Assembly (NCBI GenBank): GCA_041664225.1
Contig: JBAYLE010000005.1
Coordinates: 1 to 60,171, forward strand
Reading direction: 5' to 3'
Length of the DNA: 60,171 nucleotides
Source: Parcubacteria group bacterium
GTDB taxonomy: Bacteria > Patescibacteriota > Minisyncoccia > Moranbacterales > UBA2206
The translations under genes were made by a program, and so were the position numbers. The notes under the pieces were generated by a model. The model did no database searches and was not told the DNA's origin. It was given only the letters and a program-made list of their open reading frames with translations. Shown piece by piece: positions 17,028 to 23,662 of this stretch (positions are counted from its first letter, which is position 1; every line of letters starts with the position of its first letter).

Positions 17028-17408
17028 ATGGAAGAATTAAATGTTGAAAAAATGAATTGTCATGGCCACGTGGTGAAAATAAGATACTTAGGAACAGGCC
17101 GGTTTGAAAAAATCGTGATGTGCGACAAAGATGGAGAGGAACTTTATCATGTCCGTAAAGAAATATCCGGGCTGTCTTCTGATGAAGATTATCTCATCGA
17201 GCGGCGGGAATATTTTGAGGATGTGCTCCGTCGTAAGTATACGGGCTGGAGAAACAGTTTCATTGAGTTTTGCCGCGAGACGGCGAAACGCAAAAACTTT
17301 CCGAGACTTATTATCTATGGCTATGTAATGGTGAAGCTAAGATTAAGCATGAAAGCAACTAAAATTTATGCTGAGTATTACGAAAAGTTTTTCGGAAAGG
17401 GAAAATAG
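17028..17408 (+). CDS. Hypothetical protein, first gene of the guaA transcription unit
   Basis: SD GAGGGGG 6 nt upstream. 126 aa with no motif I recognise. Confidence 0.6.
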   Translation: MEELNVEKMNCHGHVVKIRYLGTGRFEKIVMCDKDGEELYHVRKEISGLSSDEDYLIERREYFEDVLRRKYTGWRNSFIEFCRETAKRKNFPRLIIYGYVMVKLRLSMKATKIYAEYYEKFFGKGK

Positions 17409-17443
17409 ATTATTAACCAGAAAGGGAAAGGAGAGGACAAGCA

Positions 17444-18997
17444 ATGGGAGAGATAAAAAATCCGGAAATACTCATTATCGATTTAAGTTCGCAACTGGCT
17501 GCGGTTATTGAAAGGACGATTCGTGAAACTGGTCATCGCTCAGCAATTTTTGGGCCGAAGGGAGCAAAAAAATGGCTCGAGAAAAACAAGCCGAAAGGCA
17601 TCTTTTTGTCAGGTGGTCAGCAAAGTGTATACGACGAAGATGCTTTGATGCCGCCGGATGAAATTCTTGAAATGGGGATTCCCATTTTCGGAATATGTTA
17701 CGGGATGCAGTGGATGGCTTACAAAATGGGTGGTCGGGTTGTCCCTAATATTGGCACCAAAGATATCAGCAACAAAAATTATGGAGAAACTTCCGTATAT
17801 TTTGAATCATCCGATCGGATCTTCAAAGACATAAGCCATAAAGAGCATAAGGTTTGGGCAAGCCATGGCGATAGTGTTCAGAGCGTGCCCTCGGGTTTTC
17901 GGGAGATAGGTTGGACAAATAAGGGACGGACTATAATGGCTATGCATGATTCCGGAAGAGGATATTATGCTGTGCAATTTCATCCTGAAGCTCCGGAAAC
18001 CGCAATTGGCAAGGAAATTCTGCGCCGGTTTGTCGAAGATGTCTGCGGGTGCGAAAAAGACTGGTCAGCAGAAAATTTTATTGGCCAAAAGAGAGACGAG
18101 ATTGCTTATGTAATGAAGGGCAAAAAAGCAGTCTTGGCCTACAGCGGAGGCGTAGACTCCTCAGTGACTCTCGGAATTGCTCATCCTGTACTCGGAGAAA
18201 GACTCGGAACCTTTTGTATAGATACCGGTGCGTTACGCGAAGGAGAGTTGCATGAGATCGTTTCTAACGCCAGGGAGATAGGAATCTCTAATTTGAGAGT
18301 TCTTTTTAGAAGCCGAGAGTTTTTTTCTGCTGTGGGTAATTCTATTGATGCGGAAGAGAAAAGAAAAGGCTTTCAGTCAATTTATGGACCGTTACTGGAT
18401 CACGAGGGCAAAGCTTTCGGCGCCAAATTTGTTTTTCAGGGGACAAACAAGGCTGACAGAGTTGAATCCGGGAAAGCTGGCAGGTCAGGGCATATAAAAA
18501 GTCATCACAATGAAGTGGAAATCGAACTTATTAAATATAATCCACTTCAGGATCTATTCAAATATGAAATTCGTGCACTGGCTTATAAGCTCGGACTTTC
18601 AGAAGAGATCGCTGAAAGAATGCCCTTCCCTGGTCCGGGGATTTTTCTGCGGGTAAATGGAATTTTAGTTACACCCGATAAGGTTGAAATTGTACGCTGG
18701 GCCGACAAGATGACCATGCAGATGTTTAAAAAACACAATATTTACAAAGAGATTTCTCAGTGTCCGGTCAGCCTTAATGGAGTTCCGACGGTTGGCGTCA
18801 GTGGCGATGGAAGAGTATATAAATATTCCATTGTCATACACCCCGTTCAGACAATAGACTTTATGACTTCGAGAGGGTTTCAGGTGCCTGCGCATATCAG
18901 AAGAGAAGTCACACGCGAATTGACAAAACATCATGAGATTGTTCGCGTTTATTGGGACGAAGGCGACAAACCGAAAGCCTCAACAGAACCGGAATAA
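17444..18997 (+). CDS. guaA: GMP synthase (glutamine-hydrolysing)
   Basis: GATase triad context (FGICYGMQ, HPE), ATP-PPase loop YSGGVDSSV, C-terminal PFPGPG. Confidence 0.85.
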   Translation: MGEIKNPEILIIDLSSQLAAVIERTIRETGHRSAIFGPKGAKKWLEKNKPKGIFLSGGQQSVYDEDALMPPDEILEMGIPIFGICYGMQWMAYKMGGRVVPNIGTKDISNKNYGETSVYFESSDRIFKDISHKEHKVWASHGDSVQSVPSGFREIGWTNKGRTIMAMHDSGRGYYAVQFHPEAPETAIGKEILRRFVEDVCGCEKDWSAENFIGQKRDEIAYVMKGKKAVLAYSGGVDSSVTLGIAHPVLGERLGTFCIDTGALREGELHEIVSNAREIGISNLRVLFRSREFFSAVGNSIDAEEKRKGFQSIYGPLLDHEGKAFGAKFVFQGTNKADRVESGKAGRSGHIKSHHNEVEIELIKYNPLQDLFKYEIRALAYKLGLSEEIAERMPFPGPGIFLRVNGILVTPDKVEIVRWADKMTMQMFKKHNIYKEISQCPVSLNGVPTVGVSGDGRVYKYSIVIHPVQTIDFMTSRGFQVPAHIRREVTRELTKHHEIVRVYWDEGDKPKASTEPE

Positions 18998-19019
18998 AAG
19001 AATTTCAAGATTTACTTTT

Positions 19020-19047
19020 GGCAGGGAACCCCACCCTGCCTTTTTTT
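19020..19047 (+). terminator. Intrinsic terminator after guaA
   Basis: GGCAGGG-AACCCC-ACCCTGCC followed by T7. Confidence 0.8.
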
Positions 19048-19066
19048 ATTTTAGGATTAATTTGTA

Positions 19067-19100
19067 TGTAAGTAATTAATTACGTAATTAATTACTTGCA
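19067..19100. promoter_or_regulatory. 34-bp near-perfect palindrome containing two tandem copies of the self-complementary 12-mer GTAATTAATTAC
   Basis: TGTAA-GTAATTAATTAC-GTAATTAATTAC-TTGCA read directly. Lies about 20 bp upstream of the purD promoter -35. Confidence 0.5.
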
Positions 19101-19119
19101 TAGGAGAACATTTTTGCGC

Positions 19120-19160
19120 TTGCATATTTCCGTAGATTTGCTACGATAAAATACTTTATC
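19120..19160 (+). promoter_or_regulatory. purD promoter TTGCAT-N16-TACGAT with the same GATAAA-N4-TTTATC operator-like repeat
   Basis: Second copy of the 23-nt block; see 16889-16930. Confidence 0.55.
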
Positions 19161-19269
19161 GAAGGAGAGATAAAGCGGTTTTTTGACAATAAGAAGATAA
19201 AAATATAACGGGTAAAAGGGATGAAGCATTGTATAAATCTGATATTTTTTGAGAAGGGAGAATACGGTT

Positions 19270-20595
19270 ATGTTTAAAATCAAGAGAAGAATGAAGAAGC
19301 CAAGAGGAAAAAAGGTTATTCTCGTAATTGGTAGCGGCGGTCGTGAACATGCTTTGGCTTGGAAGATAGCCAAGAGCGGTTCTGTCTGGAGAGTATATTG
19401 CGCCCCGGGCAACGCGGGTACGGAAAAAACAAAGAAATGCATAAACATCGACATTAAGCCTGATGAAGTCGCGGATCTTTTGGAATTTGCGAAAAGACAC
19501 GAAGTGGACCTGGTCGTTTTTGGATCTGAAGATACGCTGGCGGCTGGAAGTGCGGACATCTTCGAAAGAAATGGCATCAAGGTTTTCGGTCCTTCAATAC
19601 TCGGAGCCAAGATGGAAGCAAGTAAAAGGTTTGCCAAGGATCTGATGCTGAAATACGAAATTCCGACAGCTGCGTACAGAGCCTTTACCGATCCGGAAGA
19701 AGCCAAGAAGTATTTGGAAGAAATCGGATTAAAAGGCGTTCTTAAGGCAGATGGTCTCACCGGAGGAAAGGGAGTTTTCTTATACCCAGACCTTGAGCAG
19801 GGCTGCAAAATGATCGACAAGATGATGGTCGATTGCATATACGGGAAAGCCGGAAAGACAGTTTTGATCGAAGAGCGTCTCAGGGGGAAGGAAACATCAT
19901 ATCAATTCTTCACCGACGGACGAAACGTGATACCTTGCGCCTTGCTCGAAGATCACAAACAGTTGCTTGACGGTGACGAAGGGCCAAACACCGGAGGCAT
20001 GGGCATAGGCCCGGCAGATATCACGGCGGAAGAAGAAGCCAAGATGAATGCGATCGCAAGAAAGCTGGTCTGGGCAATGAGAATGGAAGGCATAGATTAT
20101 CGCGGACTTTGCTATATTGGTTTCATGATTGTGGATGGCCAGCCTTATGTTCTCGAAATCAACTGCCGTTTTGGAGATCCGGAAACTCAGCCGCTTATGC
20201 TGAAGATGAGAAGTGATATTGTTCCGATACTGTTTGCTTGCACTGACGGAACACTAAAGCAGCACAAAATTGAATGGGATGAACGTCCGGTGGTTTGTGT
20301 CGTACTGGCTGAGGACGGATACCCAGTCAAACCAAAAGATGGGCAAGTCGTTTCCGGTCTTAATCGCGTTGCTCGCATGAAAGACGTCGTTGTTTTTTAC
20401 GCCGGTGCAATCAAGGATGGCAAGGACGTCATAACAAAAGGAGGAAGAAATTTCGGTGTGGTAGCTTTCGGAAGAAAAAAGGGTGATGTTGCCTCAGCGG
20501 CTCGAAGGGCATACGAGGCCGCAGACAAGATTAACTATTGGGGTAAATATTGTCGGAAAGACATTCCGCGTATTTTACACCGTAAAGCGGCATAA
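19270..20595 (+). CDS. purD: Phosphoribosylamine-glycine ligase
   Basis: VILVIGSGGREHALAWK start region, ATP-grasp body. ATG at 19270 chosen for the SD GGGAGAA upstream; the ORF track begins at 19249. Confidence 0.9.
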   Translation: MFKIKRRMKKPRGKKVILVIGSGGREHALAWKIAKSGSVWRVYCAPGNAGTEKTKKCINIDIKPDEVADLLEFAKRHEVDLVVFGSEDTLAAGSADIFERNGIKVFGPSILGAKMEASKRFAKDLMLKYEIPTAAYRAFTDPEEAKKYLEEIGLKGVLKADGLTGGKGVFLYPDLEQGCKMIDKMMVDCIYGKAGKTVLIEERLRGKETSYQFFTDGRNVIPCALLEDHKQLLDGDEGPNTGGMGIGPADITAEEEAKMNAIARKLVWAMRMEGIDYRGLCYIGFMIVDGQPYVLEINCRFGDPETQPLMLKMRSDIVPILFACTDGTLKQHKIEWDERPVVCVVLAEDGYPVKPKDGQVVSGLNRVARMKDVVVFYAGAIKDGKDVITKGGRNFGVVAFGRKKGDVASAARRAYEAADKINYWGKYCRKDIPRILHRKAA

Positions 20596-20662
20596 CGTGC
20601 ATTATGATGAGAGGCGAGTCCGGAAATACCGGACTCCCTCTCAAAATTATTTGGGAGGTGAT

Positions 20663-21451
20663 ATGAAAAAAAGAATAGGATTGTTCACTTCTGGCTGGGA
20701 TAAGGTTGCCTGGAAATTGATCGACACCGTGTATCAAATGGCAACTTCGGGCATTATTCCCGATACAGAAATTGCCTTTATTTTCTCAAGCAGAACTGAA
20801 GGGGAAAATCCGGAAAGTGATCGTGTTATCAGAAACTGCCGGAAACTTGGCATTCCTCTGGTTACATTTTCAGCGGCGCAATTCAAAAAGCAGCTGCCTG
20901 ATAACAAAAAAGGCAAGTGGCGGGAGCTGTATGATAAAAAGATAATCAAAATTCTTCCGCCGACTGATTTTGATGTGCTTCTCGGTTATATGCTGATAGC
21001 TGGAGAAGATTTATGTGGAAAGCGAACGATGATTAATCTGCATCCCGCGCTTCCAGGTGGTCCACAAGGGACGTTCCGCGATGTAGTATGGAAATTGATA
21101 AAAATAGGCGCGAAAGAATCCGGAGTCATGATACATCTGGTTGTTCCCAAACTTGATAGCGGTCCGGTTATTTCTTATTGCCGGTATCCGATTAACGGCC
21201 AACGCGTTGATTGTCTGCGGAAAACAATGCAGGGGAGGCTCTTGTATCTAACTCTCGATGAAATCAAAAAGAGAGAGGGAGATTCAAATCAGTTTTTCCG
21301 GTTCATCCGCCAATGTGGGGTGCGCCGCGAATTCCCGTTGATTATACAGACTCTCAAAGCGATAGCTGAAGAAAGAATAGATATCACATGGCCTTCCAAT
21401 GTAAATTTGACAAAGGAAGTTGAAGGGGACATAGAGGGGGATATGACATGA
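20663..21451 (+). CDS. purN: Formyltransferase, PurN-like (GAR transformylase candidate)
   Basis: INLHPALP (Asn/His) and HLVVPKLDSGPV (Asp) match the PurN catalytic-triad context. ATG at 20663 follows SD GGGAGG. The upstream part of ORF 20483 is rejected. Confidence 0.6.
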   Translation: MKKRIGLFTSGWDKVAWKLIDTVYQMATSGIIPDTEIAFIFSSRTEGENPESDRVIRNCRKLGIPLVTFSAAQFKKQLPDNKKGKWRELYDKKIIKILPPTDFDVLLGYMLIAGEDLCGKRTMINLHPALPGGPQGTFRDVVWKLIKIGAKESGVMIHLVVPKLDSGPVISYCRYPINGQRVDCLRKTMQGRLLYLTLDEIKKREGDSNQFFRFIRQCGVRREFPLIIQTLKAIAEERIDITWPSNVNLTKEVEGDIEGDMT

Positions 21452-22527
21452 ACAAACAGAGAAAACCAACAAAGAGAAAAATTGCTATCATTACAGATCT
21501 CGAAGGTCCGTGGGTGACCAATGACAACGCGTACGAACTTTTCGTATGGTTCGCAATCCTGTGCGGATTGGGCGAGGAAGTTGGGCAGAAAGCCTATCAG
21601 CGTATAAGCGTTATCGACGATATATGGGGCGATTTCGGGAAAGTAAAAAAGTATGATGAAACTTATTCCTCAGGTCACACCCTGAAAGTTATCCTGCCTT
21701 TTCTGAAGGCTATGGGCGCTGTTGAGAGGGATCTGTATGATTTTTCGCGAAAAAGCATGCGAACGCTAAAGTCTACGGATAAAGTTTTCAGAAAACTGAG
21801 TGGTGCATATCCAACCTGGATCGTATCTACCTCTTACAGTTTTTTTGTGAGAGCTTTCTGCGATCTGGTCGGTTTCGATTCCGAGCGCGCACATTGTACG
21901 AAGGTATCGCGGTTCGACAAGATCGGGATCAAGGAGAAGGAAAGCAAAGAACTCCAGGATTTTATTGTCAGGCTGGCAGAAATGCCTGTGCTCGAGTATG
22001 ATCATGCGAACGGCGAGGTAATCGATGAGCACGTCCGCTATTACGAAGAAATGACCAGATTCATATGGGAAACCATAAGTAAAATGAAGGTTGGGCAATT
22101 TATGAAAGAAGTGGTGCCTGTCGGTCAGCTGCAAAAATATGTAGCCTTAGAGGAGATCTGCCGAAAAAACGATATTTCCTTGACTGATGTCGTGTGCATA
22201 GGTGATAGCCAAACTGATGTCACGATGGGAGGAAGAGCCGCAGGCAGAGGATTATTTATAGTTGTGAACGGTAAAGGTTGGGTCTGCGACCTTTCTGACA
22301 TCATGATCATCGGCAATGATACTCGGGCGATCAAAAAGGTTGTCGACATGTTCGCGAAGACTTCCAGGGAAGAGGTTATTAGGCATTTCTTCCATTGGGA
22401 CCATTGTTATGGATGCCGGATAGCCGCGACTCCGAAAAATAATCCGGACCTTCTCAAGCAACTGAAAAAAGAAAGCGAACGGGTCCGCAAGTTAGTGAGG
22501 GGCGTCAGCATTGGAGGACTGACGTAG
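21448..22527 (+). CDS. HAD-like protein of unknown function (EhaR-like by memory)
   Basis: N-terminal IITDLEGPW (DxEGP-type motif I) and distal CIGDSQTDV (motif IV-like). Start overlaps the purN-like stop (ATGA). Confidence 0.5.
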   Translation: MNKQRKPTKRKIAIITDLEGPWVTNDNAYELFVWFAILCGLGEEVGQKAYQRISVIDDIWGDFGKVKKYDETYSSGHTLKVILPFLKAMGAVERDLYDFSRKSMRTLKSTDKVFRKLSGAYPTWIVSTSYSFFVRAFCDLVGFDSERAHCTKVSRFDKIGIKEKESKELQDFIVRLAEMPVLEYDHANGEVIDEHVRYYEEMTRFIWETISKMKVGQFMKEVVPVGQLQKYVALEEICRKNDISLTDVVCIGDSQTDVTMGGRAAGRGLFIVVNGKGWVCDLSDIMIIGNDTRAIKKVVDMFAKTSREEVIRHFFHWDHCYGCRIAATPKNNPDLLKQLKKESERVRKLVRGVSIGGLT

Positions 22528-22542
22528 ACCTTATAATGCGAT

Positions 22543-22599
22543 AAAAAAAATAGGAGGTAACTTTGATGCCAAGCGTGGCACTTGAGTTACCTCCTTTTA
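22543..22599. terminator. Bidirectional hairpin between convergent genes
   Basis: A8-AGGAGGTAACT ... AGTTACCTCCT-TTT, with nested TGCCA-AGCG-TGGCA. Confidence 0.7.
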
Positions 22600-22606
22600 A
22601 ATTTCT

Positions 22607-23524
22607 TTATGCTATGCCGAAAATCTCCCGCATGGATTTTCCTGCCAGCATATCGACAAAAGTTTCTTCATCACGCAGGTGATTAGCAATGACCTGCCAA
22701 TCGCTGAATCGGATGCCATTATCAATCGCTTGGAATATTGTGCCGGGAGTGAACCAGCCGAAAGGGATTCCGGCTCGGCGAGCAAGCTCGCCGTCTCTTT
22801 CGAGATCATCGCCGAAGTAGGCCATTTTCAGACGCATTTCTTTCGCATCTTTGAGGGGCAGATTAATCTTTCCATGGAGCCGTGCCAACCGCTTCTGGAC
22901 AAGATAGAGCAAGAAGGTCGAGGGCTTAATTTTTCTCTCTATAGGACAGTTTATATAGCGAACTTCGTCATCAGAAAGAACGACTTTTGGCAGCGGGTAA
23001 CCCCACGCTTTGAAGGTTTTTTTAATGAAGGGAGTGTGGCCAGCAGAAAGAATGGCCAGATCTATCGGGATGCCTTTTTCTTTGAGTTCGCGCAGGGAAT
23101 CTAAGAGAGACAGAAACCCCTTGCAAGGTTCCGGCCAGATTACACCGCCTGGATGTTTACCTAGTTCGCTTGCGTACACGAACATTTTTTCTGTCACAAA
23201 TACCTCTGTGACGCTACCGATTGGATCGTCATCTTTCCATTGGATATTTTTAAGCCGTCCGCAATTGCGTATGAAATACATCTTGGCTGTTTCTTGCAAT
23301 CTTAAATCCTGTGATAGCAAGGCGGATACAAGTTCCAAAGGCGCTCTGTTTTGCAATCCGCCGATCGCTTGAAATGAATCTGCTCCCCTTTCACCGAAGA
23401 TTCTTTTTATGGAAATCTGATGCGCGTCTCTCAGTCCTATATTGTGGGGACCAGGCTTTTTTGTTGCGGCCATTGTTTCATCAAAATCGAAGACTAATAA
23501 ATACTGATTGTGTTTCATGTTCAA
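22607..23524 (-). CDS. HAD-superfamily hydrolase (only minus-strand gene in the purine block)
   Basis: Motif I VFDFDETM, motif II ILSAGHT, motif IV YFGDDLERD. Confidence 0.7.
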   Translation of the reverse strand: MNMKHNQYLLVFDFDETMAATKKPGPHNIGLRDAHQISIKRIFGERGADSFQAIGGLQNRAPLELVSALLSQDLRLQETAKMYFIRNCGRLKNIQWKDDDPIGSVTEVFVTEKMFVYASELGKHPGGVIWPEPCKGFLSLLDSLRELKEKGIPIDLAILSAGHTPFIKKTFKAWGYPLPKVVLSDDEVRYINCPIERKIKPSTFLLYLVQKRLARLHGKINLPLKDAKEMRLKMAYFGDDLERDGELARRAGIPFGWFTPGTIFQAIDNGIRFSDWQVIANHLRDEETFVDMLAGKSMREIFGIA

Positions 23525-23625
23525 TATCCTCCATGTAAAAATGTCGGGGTTAATAATGACAAAGGACTAACATCCTCCCTAAAATCTTATCCCCATATAA
23601 CCACACAACTTACGATCAGGCAAAT

Positions 23626-23654
23626 TTGATTCCCCCGTGGTTTATTGTTATTAT
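23626..23654 (+). promoter_or_regulatory. Promoter TTGATT-N17-TATTAT placed 8 nt before the purL ATG (possible leaderless mRNA)
   Basis: Hexamers read directly. There is no convincing SD between the -10 and the ATG at 23663. Confidence 0.4.
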
Positions 23655-23662
23655 AAAGGCGT

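Noticed and set aside
19092-19838. 248-aa minus-strand ORF
   Set aside because: It is antisense to purD and runs through the promoter/operator region. No SD and no motif.
20483-20662. Upstream part of ORF 20483 (60 extra residues before MKKRIGLF)
   Set aside because: It overlaps the purD 3' end and the inter-gene hairpin. A strong SD GGGAGG precedes ATG 20663.
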